Positions 11,310 to 23,085 of a stretch of DNA of 64,000 bases are shown here, one piece after another. The notes under the pieces are model-generated. The model was not told where the DNA came from. It did no database searches and saw nothing but the letters and a program-made list of their open reading frames with translations. The position numbers were made by a program, and so were the translations under genes. The DNA is taken from NCBI GenBank assembly GCA_047947115.1, contig CP170459.1:2528001-2592000 (forward strand), in the 5' to 3' direction. Source of the stretch: Verrucomicrobiota bacterium. Lineage in GTDB: Bacteria > Verrucomicrobiota > Verrucomicrobiia > Limisphaerales > AAA164-E04. Position 1 is the stretch's first letter, and each line of letters starts with the position of its first letter.

Positions 11310-14300
11310 GACTCCTGGTTGGGGGCTTCTCCATAGGAGGCTTTTTCAAGATTGCGCCACGCTTGTGTCCAGGGATCGATACGGCACACGGTGGCGAAGT
11401 CGCATCGTTCACAGGGTGTTTCGTTCCTATGGAGAAACGGCTCGGCGGAGATGTCGCCGTTCAATATGCGATCCCCAAACCGGCTCAGTAGCTGTGCGGC
11501 ATGCTCCATGAAGTGTTCGAACTTCGCCGGAGGCATGACATGCCAATGCGTCTTGCGGGGGGAGCCGTCCTTGTTGAGCTGGTATTGAAATTGATCACCA
11601 CTGGAAGCGCCTTCGCGTTGATCCATCCATGGCAGGGCGTCCAGGTTGAAACATCCCACGTGTTGATAGGCTTTTCGGACGGCATCTTCCGCCACGTTTT
11701 CATTGAGTGCTTCCTGACGGGAACTCTTGCCTTCATAACGCGCTCTCAGTGTTGTGAAAAACGCGCCGACAGCCTGGACGCTTTCAACGTCGAATGCCTT
11801 CGCCATGCCCGGATGACGCAGGACGTTGAGGTAAACGGGTAATTGTAACTGAATGCCGTTCCAGGATAGTGTGGCATCCGGTTTCTTTTTTCCGGATTTA
11901 TAATCCACCACGATGCCCATGACCGAACCATCCTTCAAGGGTAGCAGGTCGACTCGATCGATGATGCCGTTGAAGACCATTTTGGCGTTGTCGGAGAGGT
12001 TTAATTCCCAGGCTGGGAGTTTGGGTTCCTTGCCTCCAAATGCGACTTCGACACCGTTTGGTTCGAAGGCGTATTGTTTCATCCAGACCACGACGACACC
12101 GATGAACGTCTCCAACCCATGCCCCAGAGCTGTTGCCGTGACTCGGTTCACGGGTTTGTCCTCCATCAGGCCATCGTGAAAAATCGCCATGGTCTGACGC
12201 ACGATCTGGGACATGAGTTCGCGGGCCTGGTTCGAGGTCAAATCATGCCAGGTGAGGCCTTCCTCCTTGACCGCCAGATGGAATGACTCCAAGGCGGCAT
12301 GTTGAAAACTGCCGAGACGTCTGGCGTCCAGTTCGAACGCCATACGTTCCTCCGCTTTCAGACCGGATTGAACAAAATATCTGAACGGACATTCCGCGAA
12401 GGCTTCGATGCGGCTGACAGAGGTGCGCAGTATGGGGGATTCGGGCGTGTCCGAATAGAGCGTTCGCGCGATGATGGCATCCAGTTCAGGAGCCTGATCG
12501 GTGTTGCTTTCCTTGCTGACAAACGCGACGGATTGTTCGTTTCTCAACAGGGGGAGAATGCTTTGGATATCTTTGCCGGATGTTTCGTTTTTCCATGCCC
12601 AAAACTCGGGAGAAAGCAGCAGCTCGCGTTCGTGCAATGTTTCGTCCAGAGGGATGGTTTCGTTGAAAGACGCGGTTTCAAGGTTTGGAAAAAGACGTTT
12701 TACGTGTTGGATCAAAGCGGAAGGCAACAGTGCTTGTCCATCTTCTCCGTTAAGTGCATAGGACAGCGATAGCCATTCGGTGGATCGTGTGCAGCCTATG
12801 TATCCCAGGAAACGTTCGGTGGCCAATTGTGTCCGGTAACGGTTACCGATCGAAATGCCTTCCTCTTCCAAACGTAATCGTTCGCGTTCATCAAGAATCA
12901 AAGGGACGGATGGTTTGGCTGGAAAAATGGATTCGTTCAATCCCAGTAAAAAGGTGGCTTTCAGGTCCGGGTTACGCGATCGGTCAATGGCTCCGACCAA
13001 TACCTGGTCAATCGCGGGCGGGAGCACGCCAACCGTCAGATGGTTCAATCCCGCTTCAAGGATCGGAATCCATTCCCGGATCGGCAGCGGTGTTTCGGCA
13101 AAAGCCAGATCGATGTTGTTTAGCCAAGTTTCCAGCGATTCCAATACACGCATGTGGAATCCGGTATGCATGGACAGGGTCGATGTTTCGTCGGTATCGG
13201 TATCCCAGTTTTGCAAGATGGATTCCACCCCATGCGCTTTCCACAAAGCCCGGCAGGCGTTTGCCAACTGGAGTCCGTTCCATGGCCTCAGGTTGCCAAG
13301 TGATTGGCTTTTGGACGGAAGCCCCAGGAATCGTTTGATGGGGAGCAGTAGTTTTTCCCGGATCGGTTCAAATCGTTCGACGAGTTTGTCCGGCCCTTTG
13401 AGAGGTTGCCACCAACGTGTGCCTCTCCAACCGCGTTCAATCGAGGCGTTTTCAAGATCGTCGATGGCGTCGATGGTCAAGGGGGTGAATCCTGATTTCA
13501 AATAGGCAAACCAGTCTTCATGTGCCCAGCCGTAGGCCGGCAATCGTATGGCGCTCCGGGTGAGTTCAATGAGCGGATGGTGCGCAATTGATTCTCGCCG
13601 ATCAATAAAACAGGGGATGTCGTAACGATCAAAAACATGCCGTACGACTTCCTGGTAATGCGGCAATGAACGCACGAGGACGGCCATCTGATGAAATCGC
13701 ATTCCTCCATCCCGAACGTGTTTCAAAATGTTGCGCGCTGCATGGATGGCCTCGGCCTCCCGGCTCTGGCAGGCGGTGATGGTGATGGATTGTTTTTGCG
13801 GGGCCTGGTTCGATTCGTCAAGTCCCAGTTGAAGCTGGTCGCCCGACTGCGGTTTGGGTGAACCATTGCCTTCGAAGGGAGCCGGCCGGGTCCAGTTTTC
13901 TTCAAGGTAACCCAGCATGAGGTCCGATGTAAAACGTCCGTATTGTGGCGTGCGTTTCAGGACGGTTCGTTTTACTACGACTTCATCCAGCGATGCAAAG
14001 TCATGAAGGCAGTGCCGGAGTGTCTGGTGCGTGGGGAGCCAGATTGAAAAGACTTCGCGTTGTTGATCAGGAAATGAATCCGCGCAAAAGGCCAGTGTTG
14101 TTTTTTTGCTCAATGGAGCGAGGAGTGTCAGGAGCTGACGTTCCTGTGGCGTCAATGCGGCGAAACCATCCATCCAAAGCCCGCCCAGCCAGAAAGGTAT
14201 GGATGCATGATTTGAGCGGCCCAGGGTGCGCAGCGCGTCGGCGGCCATGTCGAGCAGGCAATCGGGATCGTGCAATTGTTTGTTGTCGATCCAGGATTGA

Positions 14301-14839
14301 TAGTCTTGGTAAAGCAGGGCGATGTCGTGCAGTTTGTACCGGATGCGGGTGGGCAGATGTTCGGATTCGGCCAGTTCAAGAAGGCGCGTGGGAGAAGTGC
14401 GGTTTTGCTGGAATTCTCGAATCACCCGACTCAGTTCCTGTGCCAGTCCAGGTAATTTGGCCGCTGCATGAAAGAGTCTCAGTTGATCCCTGATCTGATT
14501 CAGCAAGGCGCGCATGACCATGATACGGCCTTCTTCGGATAGCAATCCGCGCGCGCCCATTCCGCATTCGGAGAGAATGAATTCGGCCAGTCGGTCGAAG
14601 GACAGGATTTGCAATCGACTGTAACCATGCAGGTCGGGATCGCTCAACAGGGCGTGTTCCATCTGGAAAGTGGCCTGCTTGGGGGCGAGGAGGAGCAGGG
14701 GGGCTCCATCCGGTCTTTGTTTGAGTTCTGTCCGGATGGCGTTCAGGCATGCATGGGTCTTACCGCTGCCGGCGGGACCGATCAGCAGTTCGACGATGCT
14801 TTTGTTGCCTGGATGCGACATGCCTTGCGTAGCTTTCAA
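11306..14839 (-). CDS. addB: ATP-dependent helicase/nuclease subunit B (AddB)
   Basis: Walker A GPAGSGKT; nuclease GIIDRVD...VDYKSG; Fe-S staple cysteines (ECPF ... PCERCDFATVC); start may be 14821. Confidence 0.92.
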   Translation of the reverse strand: MKATQGMSHPGNKSIVELLIGPAGSGKTHACLNAIRTELKQRPDGAPLLLLAPKQATFQMEHALLSDPDLHGYSRLQILSFDRLAEFILSECGMGARGLLSEEGRIMVMRALLNQIRDQLRLFHAAAKLPGLAQELSRVIREFQQNRTSPTRLLELAESEHLPTRIRYKLHDIALLYQDYQSWIDNKQLHDPDCLLDMAADALRTLGRSNHASIPFWLGGLWMDGFAALTPQERQLLTLLAPLSKKTTLAFCADSFPDQQREVFSIWLPTHQTLRHCLHDFASLDEVVVKRTVLKRTPQYGRFTSDLMLGYLEENWTRPAPFEGNGSPKPQSGDQLQLGLDESNQAPQKQSITITACQSREAEAIHAARNILKHVRDGGMRFHQMAVLVRSLPHYQEVVRHVFDRYDIPCFIDRRESIAHHPLIELTRSAIRLPAYGWAHEDWFAYLKSGFTPLTIDAIDDLENASIERGWRGTRWWQPLKGPDKLVERFEPIREKLLLPIKRFLGLPSKSQSLGNLRPWNGLQLANACRALWKAHGVESILQNWDTDTDETSTLSMHTGFHMRVLESLETWLNNIDLAFAETPLPIREWIPILEAGLNHLTVGVLPPAIDQVLVGAIDRSRNPDLKATFLLGLNESIFPAKPSVPLILDERERLRLEEEGISIGNRYRTQLATERFLGYIGCTRSTEWLSLSYALNGEDGQALLPSALIQHVKRLFPNLETASFNETIPLDETLHERELLLSPEFWAWKNETSGKDIQSILPLLRNEQSVAFVSKESNTDQAPELDAIIARTLYSDTPESPILRTSVSRIEAFAECPFRYFVQSGLKAEERMAFELDARRLGSFQHAALESFHLAVKEEGLTWHDLTSNQARELMSQIVRQTMAIFHDGLMEDKPVNRVTATALGHGLETFIGVVVVWMKQYAFEPNGVEVAFGGKEPKLPAWELNLSDNAKMVFNGIIDRVDLLPLKDGSVMGIVVDYKSGKKKPDATLSWNGIQLQLPVYLNVLRHPGMAKAFDVESVQAVGAFFTTLRARYEGKSSRQEALNENVAEDAVRKAYQHVGCFNLDALPWMDQREGASSGDQFQYQLNKDGSPRKTHWHVMPPAKFEHFMEHAAQLLSRFGDRILNGDISAEPFLHRNETPCERCDFATVCRIDPWTQAWRNLEKASYGEAPNQES

Positions 14840-14845
14840 TAATGG

Positions 14846-16093
14846 TTATGGGTTCCCTGACATTTCCAGGCAGACCAATCGTTCGGGACTGCGTGCCAGA
14901 AACATTCCGTTCGAAAAAGCAGGAAACGCACGCACGCCTGAAGGAAGGATTTGTCTGCGACTCAGGGTTCGGAAGGTATCGGGCGAAGCTTCGATGAGGA
15001 TCAATTCACCGGATTCCATCATGAGCAGCAACTGATCGTTGACGCAAATCACCGATCCTGCTCCCAGGTTGTCTTCGCTCCATTGAACCTTTCCGGTGAC
15101 GGCTTCGATGCAGCGGAATTCAGGTCCATATTCCTGGCGGCCGTGGAATCCATAGAGGTATCCTTGATGGTAAACACAGGTGGCATAGTGGTTGGATATT
15201 TGATCGTCCCCCGACCAAACGCGATTGAGCGAATCCCCCTCGCGTTTGACCAACACAGCACCCGCACCATAGCTGGCGGAGACAAACACGCCTTCGGGAA
15301 GAATTAGTGGAGTGGCTGCGTTGACCGATGCGTTCATGGAGGAACGCCATGGCATAGAGGCCAGGATTTGCCCTGAGGCTGGTTCCATGGTGTAAAGTTT
15401 TTCGCGCGTCCAGATCCATAAGGCGGGATCGTTGTTTTTATTGTCCAGAACGGGGGATGCATAGCCGGCTTCATCGGATGTTGCTTTCCACGCAAGTTTG
15501 CCGGTGTTGCGATCCAATGCAACCACCCCCGAGCCGTCCTGTCCCCCGATGATGAAGACGACCACATCACCTACCGCCAGCGGAGACGGGGCCATGCCAA
15601 AGAATCCTTTACCACTTTTCCAAGTGGATTTGGCGTCCATCTCCCATCGCTTTTTCCCGGAGTTTTTTTCGACAGCCGAGAGCATGCCATCGGCACTCAT
15701 GAGAAAAATGGAATCACCATCCACGCAAGGAGTGGCTCGTGGGCCGTTGTCGAAACCAAAGTCATCCCGGTATTGGGTTGGGTGTTGATAACGCCAGTTT
15801 CTTTCGCCTGACTGGAGGTCGATGCTGTCCAGGGTGCTTTGAGTTCCAAGGCGGTGGTAAAGAAAAACTGTTTTATTGTAAATGACCGGTCCGCTGAAAC
15901 CGCTTCCGACTTTTTGTTCCCATTGTTTTTTGGGCGGCTGGGTTTTCCAGTTGCTTCGAATGGTTTCGTTGGAGGCAGCACCGTTTCGGTTTGGGCCAAG
16001 GAACTGGGGCCATTCGCCGCCCTGAGAAAATGTTGTGAAGGCGCATGCCAGCAGGCTTGTGGTCAGCAAAATGGTATGGGGTACGGTGCGCAT
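14846..16093 (-). CDS. Secreted PQQ-binding-like beta-propeller protein
   Basis: Signal peptide then WPQFLGPNRNG; repeated xxGkxxW propeller blades; GPRATP and YASP motifs. Start at MRTVPH (16093) is supported by the upstream promoter; the ORF track starts at 16198. Confidence 0.85.
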   Translation of the reverse strand: MRTVPHTILLTTSLLACAFTTFSQGGEWPQFLGPNRNGAASNETIRSNWKTQPPKKQWEQKVGSGFSGPVIYNKTVFLYHRLGTQSTLDSIDLQSGERNWRYQHPTQYRDDFGFDNGPRATPCVDGDSIFLMSADGMLSAVEKNSGKKRWEMDAKSTWKSGKGFFGMAPSPLAVGDVVVFIIGGQDGSGVVALDRNTGKLAWKATSDEAGYASPVLDNKNNDPALWIWTREKLYTMEPASGQILASMPWRSSMNASVNAATPLILPEGVFVSASYGAGAVLVKREGDSLNRVWSGDDQISNHYATCVYHQGYLYGFHGRQEYGPEFRCIEAVTGKVQWSEDNLGAGSVICVNDQLLLMMESGELILIEASPDTFRTLSRRQILPSGVRAFPAFSNGMFLARSPERLVCLEMSGNP

Positions 16094-16264
16094 GGGGTGA
16101 TTATGGGGGATTTGGATTTCACCTTGCAAGAGCAGAGGGGAGGGATAAGGAGGGTTGTTTGAATAGAGCTGAAATGTCTGTCGTCCAAATCGCATCAAAC
16201 CCGGGGTTCCAATTGAAACAAACTGAACAGAATCATTGTAACATTAGCGATTCATCCATTCATT

Positions 16265-16498
16265 ATGAAACAAATCAATATCTTGAAGGCAACTTTATGC
16301 GTTGCGTTGGCTGGCATCTTTGCCATGGGCACAACAGGCTGTGTGGTGAGTTTGGGGAACAAGGGAACCCCTCGCCATTCTGAAGAAACTACCCTCGGCC
16401 AGGAACTGATCGACCTGAAGGCGGCGAGAGATTCCGGGGCGTTGACGCCTGATGAGTATGAATACGAACGGCGGAGATTGTTGGATCATCGTGATTGA
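16265..16498 (+). CDS. Small lipoprotein with a SHOCT domain
   Basis: Signal peptide with lipobox TTG-C; C-terminal LGQELIDLKAARDSGALTPDEYEYERRRLL matches the SHOCT pattern. Confidence 0.85.
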   Translation: MKQINILKATLCVALAGIFAMGTTGCVVSLGNKGTPRHSEETTLGQELIDLKAARDSGALTPDEYEYERRRLLDHRD

Positions 16499-16504
16499 TG
16501 GGTG

Positions 16505-17170
16505 CTGCAGGTAGATCGGACCGTCCCCGGTCCGTCCCCGCTAGCGACAGCTACGCGGATGTGGGGATTTGGATGCTGCGGGGTATTCCTTTGGATGTTG
16601 ATATGCAGGGTAAGGAAGTCACAAGGGTTGCGCGCCGAGACGCCACGCTCTACCTGAGGACGCCATCGGGCCTCGCATCAATTCACCATTCACTATTTTA
16701 AATTCACTATTTAAAAGGGGACGGCACGATCTACCCGGGGTATACTGCAGGTAGATCGGACCGTCCCCGGTCCGTCTCCGCTAGCGACAGCTACGCGGAT
16801 GTGGGGATTTGGATGCTGCGGGGTATTCCTTTGGATGTTGATATGCAGGGTAAGGAAGCCACAAGGGTTGCGCGCCGAGACGCCACGCTCTACCTGAGGA
16901 CGCCATCGGTCCTCGCATCAATTCACTATTTAAAAGGGGACGGCACGATCTACCCGGGGTATACTGCAGGTAGATCGGACCGTCTCGGTCCGTCCCCGCT
17001 AGCGACAGCTACGCGGATATGGGGATTTGGATGCTGTGGGGTATTCCTTTGGATGTTGATATGCAGGGTAAGGAAGCCACAAGGGTTGCGCGCCGAGACG
17101 CCACGCTCTACCTGAGGACGCCATCGGGCCCCACTTCAATTCGCTATTCACCATTTTGAATTCACTATTT
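16505..17170. repeat. Tandem array of three REP-based mosaic units (BIME/REPIN-like)
   Basis: Near-identical units start at 16505, 16745 and 16964 (periods 240 and 219 bp). Each has a GGTAGATCGGACCGTCCCCGGTCCG hairpin, an inverted copy (GCGCGCCGAGACGCCACGCTCTACC) and heptamer repeats; units 1-2 also carry a half copy (GGGGACGGCACGATCTACC). Confidence 0.9.
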
Positions 17171-17206
17171 AAAAAAGGGGCGGATCTTTTGGATCCGCCC
17201 CTTTTT
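17171..17206. terminator. Bidirectional rho-independent terminator downstream of gyrA
   Basis: AAAAAAGGGGCGGATC-TTTTG-GATCCGCCCCTTTTT perfect stem with A and T tails. Confidence 0.9.
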
Positions 17207-17245
17207 CGTTTTTTAATTCAATGGAAAGAATTTGATCTTCGGCGC

Positions 17246-19939
17246 CTACTTGGTGGGTTCATCGGTTGCTTCGGGGCTTTCGCCTTCGGAGGCTTCCGGA
17301 GTTTCCGTGTTTTCGGTGTCGCTTGATTCCTCATCGGATTCGGAGTCTTCGTCGTCCTCGTTTTCATCGTTGATGACCGGGGCGATGGCCTGGAGTTTGT
17401 CTTTGGAACCAGTGTCGACCAGTTTGACCCCCATGGCGTTGCGGCCGGTTTCTCGGACGTCGTCGACCTTGATGCGGACCATTTGACCACCCACGGTGAT
17501 CAGCATGATTTCGTCATGATCATGAACCGTCAGGGCTCCGACGATGCCACCGCTTTTCTCGCCTGTTCGCATGGTGATGATGCCCTTTCCACCACGTGTT
17601 TGTCGGCGGTAGTCTTCGAAGTCGGTTCGTTTGCCGATTCCTTTTTCGCTGGCAACCAGGAGAGTGGCGCCTTCTTCCACGATGGCCAGTGCGACCACAC
17701 GGTCGTCTTTCCCCAGTGAAATGCCGCGAACGCCAGTTGTGGCGCGTCCCATGGATCGGGCGTCGGATTCGAGGAAGCGAATGCTCTTGCCGTTGCTCGT
17801 GATGAGAACGACTTCATTATCACCTGATGTCAGTTTGACTTCGATCAGGCGGTCCTCATCGAGAATGTTGATTGCCTTGATGCCTCCTTTACGGTGGTTC
17901 TTGAAGGCGGACAGTTCGGTTTTCTTGACCGTTCCGTTTTCGGTGGCGAACAAGAGGAATCCGGGTTGTTCCCAGGTGATGTCCTTCTTCGCTTCGTCGG
18001 TTTGTGATTCCACACGGATCAAAGCTGCCACTTTTTCGTCGGGCTGGAGTTCCAGCACGTTGGCGATGGAACGTCCCTGAGCGGTTCGGCTCATTTCAGG
18101 CACTTCGTGCACACGTTCCACGAATACACGTCCGGTGTTGGTGAAGAACATCAGGTAATCGTGGGTGCTGGCTGTGAACAGGTGTTCGACGAAGTCTTTG
18201 TTTTTGCCATCCACAACACTCTTGCTTTTGGTGGCCATGCCGATCACACCTTTGCCACCCCGGCGCTGGGCACGGTATTCGGTGAGGTTGGTGCGTTTGA
18301 TCAGGCCGTTGTGCGTCAGAGTGATGATGACCGGTTCGTTGGCGATCAGATCTTCAATCAGCATATTGCCGTGGAAGGGGATCAGTTCGGAACGGCGATC
18401 GGTCGCATATTTATCGCGGACGCGTTGGAGTTCTTCTTTGATGATTGCCAGGACGCGGACTTCACGGGCAAGGATATCCATCAGGTCCTTGATGGTTTCC
18501 AGCAGTTCGCCGTATTCCTTTTTGACCTTGTCTGTTTCCATGCCGGTCAACTGGTAGAGACGCAGTTCCAGGATGGCGTTGACTTGTGCTTCGCTCAATT
18601 CGTAGCGGCCGTTGACCAAGCGTGCTTCGCTGTGGATGAGGATGCCGAATTGTTCGACTGTTTCACGTGCAAATTCGTAGGCGAGCAGTTTGGTCTTGGC
18701 TTCTTCGCGGTTGGCGGATTCGCGAATGATGCGAATGAAGTCGTCAAGGTTGGCCAGTGCGATGAGGTAACCCTCCAGGATCTCGGCGCGTGCTTCGGCC
18801 TTTTTCAGTTCATAACGCGTGCGTCGCAACACCACCTCTCGACGGTGTTCGATGTAGCAATTGATGATCTCTTTGAGGTTTAGCGTTTTTGGCTTTTGAT
18901 GGTCAATCGCCAGCATGTTCACGCTGAAAGTCGTCTCCAGTTGCGTGTATTTATAGAGATTGTTGATGACGACTTTTGGAATGGCATCCCGCTTTAGTTC
19001 AATGACCAGGCGTGTGTTTTCGTCTGATTCATTTCGCAAGGCGGAGATCTCGGTGATGATTTTTTCATTCACCAGTTGGGCAATGCGTTCTTCCAATACG
19101 GCGCGGTTGACGTTGAACGGAATTTCCGTGATGACAATCTGTTCGCGTCCGGTCTTGGTGTTTTCCACTTCAACCCGACCGCGGATGCGGAGACTGCCAC
19201 GTCCGGTGTGAAAATATTGTCGGATGGGATCCAGTCCGCAAATCTGACAACCACTTGGGAAATCCGGGCCTTTGATGTATTCCATCAGGCCGTCAATGGT
19301 AATGCTTGGGTTATCGATCTGGGCACAGATACCATCAACCACTTCCCCGAGGTTGTGAGGGGGAATGTTGGTAGCCATCCCGACTGCGATGCCCGTTCCA
19401 CCGTTGACGAGGAGGTTGGGAAATGAAGATGGGAAGACGGATGGTTCCACGGTGGAATCATCGTAGTTGGGAACGAAATCCACGGTGTCTTTCTCCATGT
19501 CATCCATCAGGATGGATCCCAGATGGGTCATGCGAGCTTCCGTATAACGCATGGAAGCGGGTGGATCTCCTTCCACTGAGCCGAAATTTCCCTGACCTTC
19601 AATCAAGGTATCGCGCATGGCCCATGGTTGAGCCATGTGCACGAGTGTCGGGTAGATCGCCTGATCCCCGTGGGGGTGGTAGTTACCCATGGTTTCCCCG
19701 ACAATCTTGGCACACTTGATGTGCTTTTTGCTGGGACCAACGCCGAGGTCGTTCATCGCGTAAAGGATGCGGCGTTGGGAAGGTTTGAGTCCGTCTCGAA
19801 CGTCGGGCAGTGCACGCGAGATGATGACCGACATGGAGTAATCGAGAAACGAGTTCTTGATTTCGTCGGCGACGTTGATCTTTTCGATACGGCCGCCTGA
19901 CGGTGGTGTTGTAGGTGGTGTGGAATCGGATTCCGCCAT
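17246..19939 (-). CDS. gyrA: DNA gyrase subunit A
   Basis: RALPDVRDGLKP, YHPHGD, catalytic MRYTE, GyrA-box QRRGGKG, C-terminal pinwheel repeats and acidic tail. Confidence 0.98.
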   Translation of the reverse strand: MAESDSTPPTTPPSGGRIEKINVADEIKNSFLDYSMSVIISRALPDVRDGLKPSQRRILYAMNDLGVGPSKKHIKCAKIVGETMGNYHPHGDQAIYPTLVHMAQPWAMRDTLIEGQGNFGSVEGDPPASMRYTEARMTHLGSILMDDMEKDTVDFVPNYDDSTVEPSVFPSSFPNLLVNGGTGIAVGMATNIPPHNLGEVVDGICAQIDNPSITIDGLMEYIKGPDFPSGCQICGLDPIRQYFHTGRGSLRIRGRVEVENTKTGREQIVITEIPFNVNRAVLEERIAQLVNEKIITEISALRNESDENTRLVIELKRDAIPKVVINNLYKYTQLETTFSVNMLAIDHQKPKTLNLKEIINCYIEHRREVVLRRTRYELKKAEARAEILEGYLIALANLDDFIRIIRESANREEAKTKLLAYEFARETVEQFGILIHSEARLVNGRYELSEAQVNAILELRLYQLTGMETDKVKKEYGELLETIKDLMDILAREVRVLAIIKEELQRVRDKYATDRRSELIPFHGNMLIEDLIANEPVIITLTHNGLIKRTNLTEYRAQRRGGKGVIGMATKSKSVVDGKNKDFVEHLFTASTHDYLMFFTNTGRVFVERVHEVPEMSRTAQGRSIANVLELQPDEKVAALIRVESQTDEAKKDITWEQPGFLLFATENGTVKKTELSAFKNHRKGGIKAINILDEDRLIEVKLTSGDNEVVLITSNGKSIRFLESDARSMGRATTGVRGISLGKDDRVVALAIVEEGATLLVASEKGIGKRTDFEDYRRQTRGGKGIITMRTGEKSGGIVGALTVHDHDEIMLITVGGQMVRIKVDDVRETGRNAMGVKLVDTGSKDKLQAIAPVINDENEDDEDSESDEESSDTENTETPEASEGESPEATDEPTK

Positions 19940-20036
19940 AATATGTCTTTGCTAAGGGTGGCAACCGGATGGGTTGCCTCAAGTAATGATCAAATTAAAT
20001 GTTCAGTGAGTTTGTTGTTCCATGGGTGTTCCCGGA

Positions 20037-22565
<2,529 letters not shown>

Positions 22566-22606
22566 TTAGGCTGCAGTTGCTTTTATTTGAACTGCCATAT
22601 CGGGAT

Positions 22607-22635
22607 ATTCTAGGTGAAATCTCACATGGACACAA
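22607..22635 (-). promoter_or_regulatory. Putative gyrB promoter
   Basis: Minus strand TTGTGT-17 nt-TAGAAT, about 47 nt upstream of the gyrB ATG. Confidence 0.45.
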
Positions 22636-23085
22636 TCGTTTATTTTGGCTTTTAGTGAATGTTGTCCAATTGGCATGCCCCATGCTTTATGTCCCGGTTA
22701 CAGCCAACGTTCCGTGTTGTCTGGCCGGGTTGGGTTTGGGGGTTGTTACCTGCTTATCATAATATGGATAGGGGGCGGTTCCATGCTTCGTTAACAGGGC
22801 CTTCAGCAAGGGGTATTGGATTCATTTTGAAACACTTGTCGTATACCGGTTGTCTCAAGTGTCAGCGCATGAGGGATTGGGTTCTTCCCGTCTGCTTTGG
22901 TTTTTGATACCAACGCGGTTTGAGGGGACGCTTCGACGACCAGGAATGTTCGACCTTCATGCATTCAGGACTTTTGACATGGACAAACCCTTTGGATTCT
23001 TTTTCAGTTGTCCCCTGTTTACCTCCATTTTTTGGGATTCAAAGATTTTGTGAAATGGAGAAGGGCAGATCGTAATCTTAGAGTG

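Noticed and set aside
7710..14839. Novel helicase-nuclease defence system or Cas4-like module
   Set aside because: Gene order, sizes and motifs match housekeeping AddAB
16495..17115. ORFs of 68 and 104 aa in the repeat array (and 75 aa at 26542)
   Set aside because: They are translations of the repeat; starts, stops and frame are not preserved between copies
16505..17170. CRISPR array
   Set aside because: Whole 219-240 bp units are near-identical, there are no unique spacers, and no cas genes are in the window
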